Under the pieces are notes generated by a model. The model was not told the DNA's origin, did no database searches, and saw only the letters and a program-made list of their open reading frames with translations. 64,000 nt of DNA from an uncultured Chloroflexia bacterium. GTDB taxonomy: Bacteria > Chloroflexota > Anaerolineae > Anaerolineales > E44-bin32. Position numbers and translations under genes: made by a program. The stretch covers positions 1,285,617 to 1,349,616 of the forward strand of contig CAWAND010000010.1 of the NCBI GenBank assembly GCA_963783335.1, read 5' to 3'. Shown here piece after piece: positions 10,697 through 21,320 of this stretch; within the stretch, counting starts at the first letter, position 1, and each line of letters starts with the position of its first letter.

Positions 10697-13206
10697 TGGC
10701 CGACAAGACAGTCACTCTGACAATCCAAGGCATTGAAGTCACCGTTCCAGCAGGGACGCTCCTGGTGGATGCGGCCAAGCAGGCTGGCATCTACATCCCT
10801 GTCTTCTGCTACCATCCAAAACTTGAGCCGGTTGGCATGTGCCGCATGTGTCTGGTGGAAATTGGCAGGCCCAAGAAGGATCGCCAATCCGGCGAGTTGA
10901 TGACCGACGAATCCGGTGAACCGATCATTGAGTTTGGCCCCAAGCTGGAGACCTCCTGCACCACGCCCGTCGGCGAAGGATGGGTGGTTCGCACCTCATC
11001 CGAAAGAGCTCTCCAGGGCCAGAAGCAAATCGTCGAATATCTGCTGACTTCCCACCCGCTGGATTGCCCGGTTTGTGACAAGGGCGGTGAGTGCCCTCTG
11101 CAAGAGCTGACCATGGATTTCGGCTCAGGGAAGAGCCGGTTCCTGTATGACGAGAAGATGCACCTCGCCAAGCATGTGCCGCTGGGAGACTTGATCTTTC
11201 TGGACCGTGAGCGTTGCATCCAATGCGCCCGCTGCACGCGATTCCAGGAGGAAGTCGTTGACGATCCGGTCATCGGATTTGAACAACGCGGTCGCAGCCT
11301 GCAAATTGTGACCTACTCTGACCCCGGTTTCAACTCATATTTCTCTGGAAACACGACCGATATCTGCCCGGTTGGGGCGCTGACGACAGCTGATTTCCGA
11401 TTTGAAGCCCGGCCCTGGGAACTCAAGCAAGCCGCATCGATCTGCCCGCACTGCCCGGTGGGATGCAATCTCACGCTGAACACGCGGCGCCAGCCGGATC
11501 AAGATGGCCGGGTGACGATCCAGCGCATCATGCCGCGTCACAATGAAGCCGTGAATGAGACCTGGATTTGTGACAAGGGCCGCTTTGCCCACCATTTCAC
11601 CCGCAGCCCTCGCCGCCTGAGTTCTCCCAAGATCCGGCGTGACAACGATTGGGTCGATTGCACCTGGGAAGAAGCCCTGCAAGTTGTGGCGAAAGCGGTG
11701 AAGAAGGCGGGCGACGGACTGGTTGGCGTGGCTGGCGGCAGGGCGAGCAATGAAGACCTGTTTGCGTTCAAGAAGCTGGTGGACGGCCTGGGAGGGAAGG
11801 CGCTGCTGGCCGATTCGATGGGCGGCGGCGATTGGGTCCAGAAGGTGGGCGTCGGCCCCGGGACCAATCTAAGAGATTTGGGCCAGGGAGACGCCATTCT
11901 GGTCGTCGCTTCCGACTTGCACGAAGAGGCGCCCGTCTGGTGGCTGCGTGTCAAGCAGGCTTGCGACCGCGGGGCTGATCTTGTGCTGGTCAACCCACGC
12001 GCAACACGATTGGATAAGTTCGCCAGCACACGGATAGGCTGTGAATTCGGCGAGGCACCTTCCGTCGTCTCGGCTCTATCCGATGGTATGGCATCACCTG
12101 AGGGTGTTCCCGGAAGACTGAAATCTGCGGCCAAGAAACTGGCTGCGGCGGAACACCTGGTGGTTTTCTATGGTCAGGAGGGACTTCCCGCGGCTGGCAG
12201 TCAGGCGCTGGCTGAGGCAAGCGCCGCCTTGCTCATCAACTCCGGGCACGTGGGCTCGCCGAACAACGGTTTGATCCCCGTGTGGCCTCACAACAACACA
12301 CAGGGTGGATGGGATATGGGCCTGAAGCCCACAACCAAGGGCCTCGCCAGCGCCCTGGATGGCGCCAAGGCCATTTACTTGATGGCGAGTGATCCTGTGG
12401 GGGATGATCCGAAACTGGCCGAGCAGCTGAAAGCTGCGCCCTTCGTGGTGGTACAGGATCTGTTTATGACTGAGACGGCCCGCGAGGCGGATGTCGTTCT
12501 CCCGGCTCAGGCATTTGCCGAGCGGGCGGGGACCTATACGACCGGGGAGCGCCGGGTTCAGCGTTCGTACATGACTTTGCCTCCGCTGGGAGAAGCTCGG
12601 CCGGACTGGTTGATTGTCAGCCAGATCGGCAAGCAGGCGGGCGTATCGTTCGAGGCCGGCTCGGTAGTTTCCCTTTTTGCGGAAGTCGCGGCGTCCATTC
12701 CGGCCTACGGGGATCTGACCTATCAGTCATTGGCGGAGTTCAAGATCGAATGGCCGCCTGTCGGAGGCGATGACCTCTACTTCGGCGGAACGTCCTACAG
12801 CAATCGCCAGGGCTTGGGCATCCAGCTTGATCACGTCCAAAAGGTGGGCAAGGCCCCCAAGGTGACTTGGACGCAAACAGCACATGCTCCGGCCGATCAA
12901 CAACTCTTGCTCGTCCCGGTGGAGCGCCTGCTGGATCGCGGCACCACCGTGGTGCCTTCCGACATGCTGGCCAACCGCCTTCAGGCGCGGCACATAGAAG
13001 TCAATCCCAAGGACGCCGTTCGACTTGGCCTGCAGGATGGCGCCGAAGCGGTGATCGAGATGAACGGCAGCGTTCACAAGATCGACGTCGTGCTCCGGGA
13101 TTCTGTTCCGGAAGGCTCGGCCTTGCTGCCACGGTCGATCGGAGTGCCTGCCGTCGAACCCAAGCTGGCCAAGATACAGCCTGTGCGAGAAAAGCAGACC
13201 GAATGA
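10696..13206 (+). CDS. nuoG: NADH-quinone oxidoreductase subunit G
   Basis: FCYHP, CRMC, HPLDCPVCDKGGEC, CIQCARC, CPHCPVGC..ICDKGR; TAATG overlap with nuoF. Confidence 0.95.
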   Translation: MADKTVTLTIQGIEVTVPAGTLLVDAAKQAGIYIPVFCYHPKLEPVGMCRMCLVEIGRPKKDRQSGELMTDESGEPIIEFGPKLETSCTTPVGEGWVVRTSSERALQGQKQIVEYLLTSHPLDCPVCDKGGECPLQELTMDFGSGKSRFLYDEKMHLAKHVPLGDLIFLDRERCIQCARCTRFQEEVVDDPVIGFEQRGRSLQIVTYSDPGFNSYFSGNTTDICPVGALTTADFRFEARPWELKQAASICPHCPVGCNLTLNTRRQPDQDGRVTIQRIMPRHNEAVNETWICDKGRFAHHFTRSPRRLSSPKIRRDNDWVDCTWEEALQVVAKAVKKAGDGLVGVAGGRASNEDLFAFKKLVDGLGGKALLADSMGGGDWVQKVGVGPGTNLRDLGQGDAILVVASDLHEEAPVWWLRVKQACDRGADLVLVNPRATRLDKFASTRIGCEFGEAPSVVSALSDGMASPEGVPGRLKSAAKKLAAAEHLVVFYGQEGLPAAGSQALAEASAALLINSGHVGSPNNGLIPVWPHNNTQGGWDMGLKPTTKGLASALDGAKAIYLMASDPVGDDPKLAEQLKAAPFVVVQDLFMTETAREADVVLPAQAFAERAGTYTTGERRVQRSYMTLPPLGEARPDWLIVSQIGKQAGVSFEAGSVVSLFAEVAASIPAYGDLTYQSLAEFKIEWPPVGGDDLYFGGTSYSNRQGLGIQLDHVQKVGKAPKVTWTQTAHAPADQQLLLVPVERLLDRGTTVVPSDMLANRLQARHIEVNPKDAVRLGLQDGAEAVIEMNGSVHKIDVVLRDSVPEGSALLPRSIGVPAVEPKLAKIQPVREKQTE

Positions 13207-14225
13207 ACTGGATACCCATCATCGAGGCCGTCGTCAAATCCATCATCCTGATCGCCTTCCTGGTCACCGGCTTTGCCTACGTAACGCTGTTCGAAAGACG
13301 GGCCCTGGCGCGTATCCAATCGAGGATTGGGCCAAACAGGGTCGGTCCGTGGGGCCTACTTCAACCGGTGGCGGATGGCCTCAAGCTGATCTTCAAAGAA
13401 GAGCTCATTCCGGCCAAGGCCGACAAAATACTGTTCATCATTGCCCCAGTGCTCACCGTTATTCCAGCCTTGATCATCATGGCTGTTGTCCCGTTTGGTC
13501 CCCCTATCGATCTTTTTGGCCAGACCATTCGGCTGGGAATCGCCGATGATGTCAACGTTGGCGCACTGTACATCTTGGCGGTGAGCTCGATTGCCGTCTA
13601 CGGGATCACGCTGGCGGGCTGGTCGTCAGGCAACAAATACGCCCTGCTTGGCGGCCTGAGATCAGCCGCGCAAATGGTGAGCTACGAACTGGCACTCGGA
13701 TTGTCATTTGTGGTTCCGATTCTCCTGGCCAACTCGATGAGTTTGGCTGCGATTGTGATGGCCCAGCAGAACTTTTGGGATTGGTATGTCTTCCGCCAGC
13801 CGCTGGCTTTGCTCGTGCTCTTCATCGCGTTCATCGCCGAGATCAACAGGGCACCGTTTGATGAGCCTGAAGCCGAGCAGGAACTCGTGGCAGGCTATCA
13901 CGTTGAGTATTCCGGCATGAAGTTCGCACTGTTCTTCATGGCCGAATACATCAAGATGATCGCTGTCAGCGGCATCACCGTGGCCTTCTTCTTTGGGGGC
14001 TATTGGGGACCGTTTGTCAACCAGTACCCGATACTTGGGCCGGTCTATTTCTTGATCAAGATTATCGTCCTGCTGTTCATCATGATCTGGATCCGCGCCA
14101 CACTACCGCGCCTGCGATACGATCGTCTGATGGCATTGGGCTGGAAGATCCTCCTGCCGGTGTCGCTTCTGAATGTGATCGGTACTGCGATCTATGTTGT
14201 TCTGCGGGGAGGTATGGGCTCGTGA
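13203..14225 (+). CDS. nuoH: NADH-quinone oxidoreductase subunit H
   Basis: RIGPNRVG, ADGLKLIFKE, NRAPFD..EAEQELVAGY, PRLRYD. Confidence 0.96.
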   Translation: MNWIPIIEAVVKSIILIAFLVTGFAYVTLFERRALARIQSRIGPNRVGPWGLLQPVADGLKLIFKEELIPAKADKILFIIAPVLTVIPALIIMAVVPFGPPIDLFGQTIRLGIADDVNVGALYILAVSSIAVYGITLAGWSSGNKYALLGGLRSAAQMVSYELALGLSFVVPILLANSMSLAAIVMAQQNFWDWYVFRQPLALLVLFIAFIAEINRAPFDEPEAEQELVAGYHVEYSGMKFALFFMAEYIKMIAVSGITVAFFFGGYWGPFVNQYPILGPVYFLIKIIVLLFIMIWIRATLPRLRYDRLMALGWKILLPVSLLNVIGTAIYVVLRGGMGS

Positions 14226-14725
14226 ATCCACTTGAAATCCTACGCGGAATGTGGACCACGTTTCGGAACATGTTCACGGCGCCGGTGACGTTCCAGTATC
14301 CGGAAATCAAGCGGCCCGTTCGAGAACGGTTCAAGGGGCGACATGAGCTGAAGCGGTATGCCAATGGGCTGGAAAAGTGCATCGGCTGTTCTTTGTGTGC
14401 CGCGGCCTGTCCTGCAGACGCCATCTTCGTCGAAGCCTCCGAGAACACGGACGAAGTGCGGTTCTCTCCAGGGGAACGCTATGCCAGCACCTACCAGATC
14501 AATATGCTGCGGTGCATCTTCTGCGGATATTGCGAGGATGCCTGTCCCACGGAAGCCATTGTCCTGGAGCACAACTACGAGCTGTCGTTTACTGACCGCA
14601 GGGATGCGATCTACACGAAAGAGATGTTGATTCAGCCTGTTCCGGCCGGGGGGAATCCGACCCCCCAAGTCACCAATCCGGGCAGTTTCGACAAACCGAT
14701 TCCCGAGATGGAGAACCCGAAATGA
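14222..14725 (+). CDS. nuoI: NADH-quinone oxidoreductase subunit I
   Basis: Two CxxCxxCxxxCP motifs; GTGA overlap with nuoH. Confidence 0.95.
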   Translation: MNPLEILRGMWTTFRNMFTAPVTFQYPEIKRPVRERFKGRHELKRYANGLEKCIGCSLCAAACPADAIFVEASENTDEVRFSPGERYASTYQINMLRCIFCGYCEDACPTEAIVLEHNYELSFTDRRDAIYTKEMLIQPVPAGGNPTPQVTNPGSFDKPIPEMENPK

Positions 14726-14789
14726 GTTCTGTTACCCGACAAGGGTCCTTACATCGAGGGCGAGGTCGAGTTCGGATTGAGAGCCTGGG

Positions 14790-15314
14790 ATGACCCCGAC
14801 GCCTGATTTGATCATATTCTTGCTCTTGGCGGCGCTTGCCATTGCTTCAGCCGTCATGACGCTGGCCAGCAGGCAGGCCGTGTATTCCGCGTTGTTTCTG
14901 GTGTTCAATTTCCTGGTTATTGCGGTGCTGTTCCTTCTCTTGCATGCGCCGTTCATCGCCTTAATCCAGATCACTGTCTACGCCGGGGCCATCATGGTCC
15001 TCTTCTTGTTTGTGATTATGCTGCTGGGTTTGCAGAGCCTTCATACGGAATCAAAGCTCAGGTGGCAAGCACCTTCGGCAGTGATCTTGGCCTTGATCCT
15101 GGTTGGGACCCTGGTCTACGCGTTCTTCCGAGAGCCGGGTGCCGCTGCGGCGCTTCTTCCGCCCCTTCAGTCGGGTTTCGGCAGCCCAGCTCAAGTGGGG
15201 CAAGTGCTGTTCAATCAGTACTTGGTGCCATTTGAGATAACTTCCGTGTTGCTCCTGGTAGCGATGGTCGGCGCCATCTTCCTTTCCACTTTCAAACGAA
15301 AGAGTTCCGAATGA
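14790..15314 (+). CDS. nuoJ: NADH-quinone oxidoreductase subunit J
   Basis: [27 protein letters not shown]. Confidence 0.95.
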   Translation: MTPTPDLIIFLLLAALAIASAVMTLASRQAVYSALFLVFNFLVIAVLFLLLHAPFIALIQITVYAGAIMVLFLFVIMLLGLQSLHTESKLRWQAPSAVILALILVGTLVYAFFREPGAAAALLPPLQSGFGSPAQVGQVLFNQYLVPFEITSVLLLVAMVGAIFLSTFKRKSSE

Positions 15315-15616
15315 ATGTGCCAACGGTCTACGTGATCGGTCTGTCGGCCGTCTTGTTCTCGCTGGGCGTGACCGGGGTGCTGGTCAGGCGCAATGCGATC
15401 GTGATCTTCATGTCTATTGAGTTGATGCTCAACGCTGCCAACTTGGCGTTTATCGCCTTCGCGCGAGAAGCGGGTTCCATGGCAGGGCAGGTCTTTGTCT
15501 TCTTTGTGATTGCTGTGGCAGCGGCAGAGGTGGCCGTGGGATTGGCCCTGATTGTCGCCATCCATCGGTCTCGTGGCACCATCGACATCGATGAAATCAG
15601 CTCGTTGCGCGGATGA
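15311..15616 (+). CDS. nuoK: NADH-quinone oxidoreductase subunit K
   Basis: [21 protein letters not shown]. Confidence 0.96.
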   Translation: MNVPTVYVIGLSAVLFSLGVTGVLVRRNAIVIFMSIELMLNAANLAFIAFAREAGSMAGQVFVFFVIAVAAAEVAVGLALIVAIHRSRGTIDIDEISSLRG

Positions 15617-15635
15617 GGCCGATACGGAGTAGTTC

Positions 15636-17729
15636 ATGATCATGAGTCAACTCGCAGGCGCTGTCGGTTGGTTCGGCCTGGCCCCTTGGGTGATCGGGTT
15701 CCCGCTGCTTGGTCTGATTGTCAATCTCCTGATCGGGAGCAAGATCCCTGAGCGTCTGGTAGGGTGGATTGCGAGTGCGGCCGTCGGGCTGGCGTTTGTT
15801 GTTGCAGTGCTTCAGTTTCTCGCCGTCCAGGCGGATCCAGCTGGTCGCGAGGTGGCGGTTGCCACATGGATTTCCGTTGGCAGCCTGAATATCCAGTGGG
15901 CGCTCAAGGTCGACAGCCTGTCTGTGATGATGATGCTGATGGTGAGCGGGGTCAGTGCGCTCATACACATCTATGCCATCGGATACATGCATGCTGATGT
16001 TCGCTTCAAGGGGGATCCCCACCGGTACCGCCGCTTCTTCGTCTTTTTCAACCTTTTCGTAGCCCTGATGATGGTCTTGGTCACGGCCGACAGCTATCTG
16101 ATGATGTTTGTCGGATGGGAAGGCGTCGGGCTGTGTTCCTATCTGCTCATCAGCTTCTGGTTTGAGGGTGGGCTCGAAGGTCTGGGCAATGCTATTGCTG
16201 GCAAGAAAGCGTTCGTGGTCAATCGAATTGGCGATGTCGGATTCTTGTTGGCCATGTTCGTCACGTTCTGGACGTTCGGAAGCCTGCAGTTTGATGCCGT
16301 TTTCCATCAAGCTCAATCGATGGGGGCAGCTGCTGTCGGGCCGGTGACGGTCATCACGCTGCTTCTTCTCTTGGGCGTGGCGGGCAAATCGGCCCAACTC
16401 CCGTTGTTTGTGTGGCTCCCGGACGCCATGGCTGGCCCCACGCCTGTGTCGGCGCTGATTCATGCCGCCACGATGGTGACGGCTGGCATCTATCTTGTGG
16501 CCCGAAACCATGTGTTGTTTGCGCTGGCCCCAGTGAGCGCCAACACGGCCGCCATGCTCGGGGCGCTGACAGCCCTGTTCTCGGCGACAATCGCCGTGGC
16601 GCAATTTGACATCAAGAAGGTGCTCGCCTATTCGACCATCAGCCAGCTTGGCTTCATGTTGGCTGCCGTCGGTCTGGGCGGTTACGTCGCTGGTCTCTTC
16701 CACCTCATGACACATGCTTTCTTCAAAGCACTCCTGTTCCTTGGGGCGGGCTCGGTGATCCAAGGGGTCGAACATGCGCATGAAGCCTCGCATGGTGAGC
16801 ACGCGCATGGTGAGCCATTTGACCCTCAGGACATGCGGAACATGGGCGGCCTCAGAACGCGGATGAAGACCACTTTCTGGGTCTACTTGATCGCCGGTCT
16901 CTCTTTGGCGGGAGTGCCGCCGCTTTCGGGGTTCTTCTCAAAGGACGAGATCCTACTCGATGCGCTGCATGCAAACCCCGTTGTCTATGTGCTCTTGGCC
17001 GCGGCGGCCTTCTTGACAGCTTTCTACATCGGGCGCCAGCTGTTCATGGTCTTTGCCGGACAACCCCGGACTGAGTTTGCCAAGCAGGCCAAAGAGAATC
17101 CCCCGGTAATGACCCTTCCCTTGGTGGGTCTGGCGCTTCTGGCGGTGCTCGGCGGTGGTTTGAACTTCCCGGGGACACACGCCTTGGCCGAGTGGTTAAA
17201 GCTGACCATCTCTGAAATCGAGATCTCCGGCTTTGACTTCCAGGTTGCGGGCATTTCAACGGGCATCGCCCTGGTTGCACTCGTTCTGGCCTGGTGGATC
17301 TACGGGCGGAAACCCATGGCGGAAGGATCCCAAGATCCCCTGCGCTCCTCGCTGGGCGCCTTGTTCACCGCCCTATCCCGTAAGTGGTGGGTCGATGAGT
17401 TGTATGCGGCCACCGTGGTGCGGGGGTATGAGGGATTGGCGGCCCTGATGGTTGTCGGGGAAGACGCTCAATTTGCTGGCAACAGGTTTTGGACCAATTG
17501 GCTCGATCAAATCGGTTCGCGGAAAGGGAAACAGGCAGCCCGTGGTTTGTTGGGGATGATCGTCGATCTTTCGTTTGTGGATTCCATCATGATCACCTCC
17601 GGTGACCTTGCCAAGGGCGCCGCGCAACGCCTTTCCAGGCTGCAAACTGGCTTTATCCGCAACTACGCCCTGGCAATTCTGCTGGGTATCCTGGGTGTCC
17701 TCGTATTCATGATCTTCGGGGGAGGCTAA
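15636..17729 (+). CDS. nuoL: NADH-quinone oxidoreductase subunit L
   Basis: GWEGVGLCSY, WLPDAMAGPTPVSALIHAATMV, HAFFKALLFL. Confidence 0.96.
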   Translation: MIMSQLAGAVGWFGLAPWVIGFPLLGLIVNLLIGSKIPERLVGWIASAAVGLAFVVAVLQFLAVQADPAGREVAVATWISVGSLNIQWALKVDSLSVMMMLMVSGVSALIHIYAIGYMHADVRFKGDPHRYRRFFVFFNLFVALMMVLVTADSYLMMFVGWEGVGLCSYLLISFWFEGGLEGLGNAIAGKKAFVVNRIGDVGFLLAMFVTFWTFGSLQFDAVFHQAQSMGAAAVGPVTVITLLLLLGVAGKSAQLPLFVWLPDAMAGPTPVSALIHAATMVTAGIYLVARNHVLFALAPVSANTAAMLGALTALFSATIAVAQFDIKKVLAYSTISQLGFMLAAVGLGGYVAGLFHLMTHAFFKALLFLGAGSVIQGVEHAHEASHGEHAHGEPFDPQDMRNMGGLRTRMKTTFWVYLIAGLSLAGVPPLSGFFSKDEILLDALHANPVVYVLLAAAAFLTAFYIGRQLFMVFAGQPRTEFAKQAKENPPVMTLPLVGLALLAVLGGGLNFPGTHALAEWLKLTISEIEISGFDFQVAGISTGIALVALVLAWWIYGRKPMAEGSQDPLRSSLGALFTALSRKWWVDELYAATVVRGYEGLAALMVVGEDAQFAGNRFWTNWLDQIGSRKGKQAARGLLGMIVDLSFVDSIMITSGDLAKGAAQRLSRLQTGFIRNYALAILLGILGVLVFMIFGGG

Positions 17730-17802
17730 AGCGCTCAGACGCGGGACCGGACATGAATCTGACACGACTTGACACTGCAAGGAACTCGCGAGAGGCCCAT
17801 TG

Positions 17803-19287
17803 ATGGATCTACTTTCCCTGCTCATCTTTTCCCCAGTCTTGGGGATGATCGTCCTGCTCTTTCTCAAGGCCGATCAGAAACGGGCCATTCGCTGGGTGGC
17901 GTTGATCACCAGCCTATTGACCCTGGGTCTGGCGCTGGTGGTTGTGGCGAACTTCGATCCTTCCAGACCGGACCTTCAAATGACGGTCAGCATTCCGTGG
18001 ATTGAAGTCTCGGGGCTCCCGATTGCCTACCACGTCGGTGTAGATGGCCTGAGCATTTTGCTCGTGTTGCTCACAGCCATCCTTACACCTGTTTCCATCC
18101 TGTCTACTTGGACGGCCATTGAAGAAGACGTCAAGACCTTCATGCTCTTCTTCCTGATGCTGGAAGTCGGCGTGATGGGTGTCTTCCTTGCCTTGGACTT
18201 GTTCTTGTTCTATGTCTTCTGGGAATTCAGCTTGGTGCCGATGTACTTCTTGATCGGTGTTTGGGGAAGCGATCGCCGCATCTACGCCGCGATCAAGTTC
18301 TTCCTATACACGATGGCCGGCTCGATTCTTATGCTGCTGGCCATCCTGTGGCTGGGTATTCAGGGTGGCACATTCTCGCTACCTCAGCTCCAGGCGGCGG
18401 GTGGAATACCTCTTAACATCCAAATCTGGTTGTTCCTGGCCTTCGGTGTGGCGTTTGCGATCAAGGTCCCCATGTGGGCGTTCCATTCATGGCTCCCCGA
18501 TGCGCACACCGAGGCTCCAACCGCCGGTTCGATCATCTTGGCCGGCGTGCTGCTGAAGATGGGCGCGTACGGATTCCTGCGCTTCAACCTCTCTCTATTT
18601 CCCCAAGCCACGGTTCGGTTGGCGCCTTGGGTCGCCGCCCTGGCGGTGATCGGGATCATCTACGGCGCCATCGTGTCGTTCCCGCAGCCAGATATGAAGC
18701 GGCTGGTGGCATATTCTTCAATCAGCCACATGGGCTTTATCGTCCTGGGCTTGTTTGCCCTAAACACGGAGGGCCTGCAGGGCGCAATCTTGCAGATGGT
18801 CAACCACGGCGTGAGCACGGGAGCGCTGTTCTTGCTGGTGGGCCTGATCTATGAGCGCAGGCACACGCGGCTGATGGAGCATTTTGGTGGGTTATGGAAG
18901 GTGATGCCTATCTATGCCAGCATCACACTCATTGTGACACTATCCTCGATAGGACTCCCTGGGCTGAACGGATTTGTGGGAGAATTCACGATCTTGCTTG
19001 GCGCCTTCCACTCGGCCGTTCTGGGTTCGCCCTGGTATGCTGCGATTGGCGTGCTCGGGGTCATTCTTGCGGCCATCTACCTCCTGACCATGTTCCAGAG
19101 AACCTTTTTTGGTGAGGTGACTGAAGAAGAGAACACCCAGCTCAAAGACCTGAATTGGCGGGAGATTGTGAGTTTGGCGCCGCTGTTGGTGCTTATCTTC
19201 TGGATTGGCCTCTACCCCAAGCCGTTCTTTCATTTGATCGCGCCTACGGTAAATCATCTGGCAGCCACGCTGCAGGCGGCTTATTAA
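17803..19287 (+). CDS. nuoM: NADH-quinone oxidoreductase subunit M
   Basis: FWE..PMYFLIG, HSWLPDAHTEAPT, GLPGLNGFVGEF. Confidence 0.96.
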   Translation: MDLLSLLIFSPVLGMIVLLFLKADQKRAIRWVALITSLLTLGLALVVVANFDPSRPDLQMTVSIPWIEVSGLPIAYHVGVDGLSILLVLLTAILTPVSILSTWTAIEEDVKTFMLFFLMLEVGVMGVFLALDLFLFYVFWEFSLVPMYFLIGVWGSDRRIYAAIKFFLYTMAGSILMLLAILWLGIQGGTFSLPQLQAAGGIPLNIQIWLFLAFGVAFAIKVPMWAFHSWLPDAHTEAPTAGSIILAGVLLKMGAYGFLRFNLSLFPQATVRLAPWVAALAVIGIIYGAIVSFPQPDMKRLVAYSSISHMGFIVLGLFALNTEGLQGAILQMVNHGVSTGALFLLVGLIYERRHTRLMEHFGGLWKVMPIYASITLIVTLSSIGLPGLNGFVGEFTILLGAFHSAVLGSPWYAAIGVLGVILAAIYLLTMFQRTFFGEVTEEENTQLKDLNWREIVSLAPLLVLIFWIGLYPKPFFHLIAPTVNHLAATLQAAY

Positions 19288-20735
19288 TGATCTCGCAATC
19301 CATCCTTTTCAGCGCCCCGCTCATCATCGTTGCCGGCTGGGGCACCATTCTCCTGGCCATCGACCTGTTTGTGTCACGACGCCGCTGGATCACGCCGCTA
19401 CTGGCGGCGCTGGGGTTGGTCGCCTCCATGGTCGTGGTGCTCCTTCAGTTCGGGGGACAAGCGGTACTCTTCAACGGGATGTTGATCCAAGACGCATTTG
19501 GCTCGTTCCTGCAGCTGATCTTCTTGTTGTCAGCAGTGTTGGGCATCGCGTTGGCGTACGACTACTTGAAGCGGCTGGGCTTGGACAAGGGAGAGTACTA
19601 CACCCTGCTGATGTTCACTGTGAGCGGGATGATGCTCATGGCCATGGCGGGGGATCTGATCATCGTCTTCTTGGCCCTGGAACTGCTTTCCTTCCCGCTC
19701 TACATCTTGTCGGGTTTTGCACGTCCGGCTCCGGCATCCGAAGAGTCGGCCATGAAGTATTTCTTGCTGGGAGCCTTCTCGTCGGGGTTTGTCTTATACG
19801 GGATTGCGCTCGTTTACGGGGCAGCCCAAACCACGCGATTGGACGGATTGGCGACGATCCTTCAGTCAGGCGGGTACCCACACGGACTGATGCTGGCCGG
19901 CGTGGGGCTCATTCTGGTTGGGTTGGCGTTCAAAGTGGCCGCGGTCCCGTTTCACATGTGGACGCCGGACGTCTATCAGGGCGCGCCTTCCTCGATTGTT
20001 GCCTTCATGACGGTTGGCGCCAAGGCCGGGGGCTTCGCCGCCCTGCTCAGATTCTTCGTCGTCGGCTTCCCCGCCCTGTCGGCTTCATGGGCCCCGGTGT
20101 TGGTAGGGATTTCTGCATTGACGATGATCTGGGGCAACGTGGCAGCCGTGGCTCAAAGCAATATCAAGCGGATGCTGGCCTATTCAAGCATTGCCCATGC
20201 GGGGTACATCTTGATGGTCCTGCCTGCAACAGCACAAGGCGGCCTGGCGTCTATCGCAGTCAGCTCAGCCCTGTTCTATCTCTTCGCCTACATGGCCACC
20301 AACTTGGGGGCTTGGGGCGTGGTACTGGCCGTTGAGAAGCGAGATGGAGAAGGCGGAGCGATTGACGATTTCGCCGGGTTGGCTTCCCGACACCCACTGC
20401 TCGCTTTCGCCATGGCCGTGTTTATGTTTTCCCTCATTGGCGTCCCGCCAACGTTGGGATTTGTCGGGAAGTACTATATCTTCCAGACCGCCGTGCATGC
20501 CAACCTGATTGGGCTGGCGCTGATTGGGGTTCTGACCTCCCTCGTATCTGCATACTACTATCTGCGGGTCGTGGTCGTGATGTATATGAAATCGGGCGAG
20601 GTTCAACCTCGATCGGAGCTGTGGCTGAACGGGGCTGTCGGGCTGACGGCTTTGGTTACCCTGGTTCTCGGTATAGTTCCGGCGCCATTGTTTGATTTCG
20701 CCTCTCGCTCCGTGCTCATGCTGTTCGGCTCGTAG
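19287..20735 (+). CDS. nuoN: NADH-quinone oxidoreductase subunit N
   Basis: ESAMKYFLLG, FKVAAVPFHMWTPDVYQGAP, KRMLAYSSIAHAGY, YYYLRV. Confidence 0.96.
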   Translation: MISQSILFSAPLIIVAGWGTILLAIDLFVSRRRWITPLLAALGLVASMVVVLLQFGGQAVLFNGMLIQDAFGSFLQLIFLLSAVLGIALAYDYLKRLGLDKGEYYTLLMFTVSGMMLMAMAGDLIIVFLALELLSFPLYILSGFARPAPASEESAMKYFLLGAFSSGFVLYGIALVYGAAQTTRLDGLATILQSGGYPHGLMLAGVGLILVGLAFKVAAVPFHMWTPDVYQGAPSSIVAFMTVGAKAGGFAALLRFFVVGFPALSASWAPVLVGISALTMIWGNVAAVAQSNIKRMLAYSSIAHAGYILMVLPATAQGGLASIAVSSALFYLFAYMATNLGAWGVVLAVEKRDGEGGAIDDFAGLASRHPLLAFAMAVFMFSLIGVPPTLGFVGKYYIFQTAVHANLIGLALIGVLTSLVSAYYYLRVVVVMYMKSGEVQPRSELWLNGAVGLTALVTLVLGIVPAPLFDFASRSVLMLFGS

Positions 20736-20761
20736 CGGTCTGAATAGACCATTGATCCAGG

Positions 20762-20788
20762 AGCAGGCACCCCATGCGGGTGCCTGCT
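20762..20788 (+). terminator. Hairpin after nuoN
   Basis: AGCAGGCACCC-catgc-GGGTGCCTGCT perfect 11-bp stem, weak U tail. Confidence 0.6.
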
Positions 20789-20859
20789 TGCATTTGAAGG
20801 GGAAAGGAGATTTCGCTACGATAGAGGAACCGGTCGCGACGAGTGAGAAAGGTTGTGAC

Positions 20860-21150
20860 GTGACGCAGGAGAAGCCGGAGGCAAGGGCACACGTGGTGAT
20901 CAGCGGCCGAGTCCAGGGCGTAAATTTCAGATACCACACGGTTCAGATGGCGCAGCGGCTCCAGGTGACAGGCTGGGTTCGCAATCGGGCCGATGGCACT
21001 GTCGAGGCGGTGTTCCAAGGCAGCAAGGGCGCAGTAGAATCGATGAATGCTTGGTGCCGAAAGGGCCCACCGGCTGCAAGTGTCGACAACATGGATGTTG
21101 AATGGGAGGAGCCGACGGAAGAGTTTTCCGGATTCAACATTCGCTTTTGA
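20860..21150 (+). CDS. acyP: Acylphosphatase
   Basis: GRVQGVNFR, GWVRNRADGTVE, GPPAASV; GTG start after AAAGG. Confidence 0.92.
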   Translation: MTQEKPEARAHVVISGRVQGVNFRYHTVQMAQRLQVTGWVRNRADGTVEAVFQGSKGAVESMNAWCRKGPPAASVDNMDVEWEEPTEEFSGFNIRF

Positions 21151-21215
21151 TGGGCCCTGGTGTTTGACCTGGCGTCTCGGAACAGCCGGGGGATCTGGAT
21201 CTAAACCGGGCTGTG

Positions 21216-21244
21216 TTGAGAGCACTGTGGGATGGTGCTATACT
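21216..21244 (+). promoter_or_regulatory. sigma70-type promoter of SARP-ATPase gene
   Basis: TTGAGA-N17-TATACT with extended TG. Confidence 0.6.
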
Positions 21245-21320
21245 GTCGACGGCCAGACCGTTACCCCGGTACCGATCCCACCCCAGACCAACGAAGAAAG
21301 GCCGGTCCCCAGCTCGACAG

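Noticed and set aside
16789-16815. 12-bp direct repeat in nuoL
   Set aside because: Encodes the common His-rich NuoL loop (HGEHAHGE); not a separate element.
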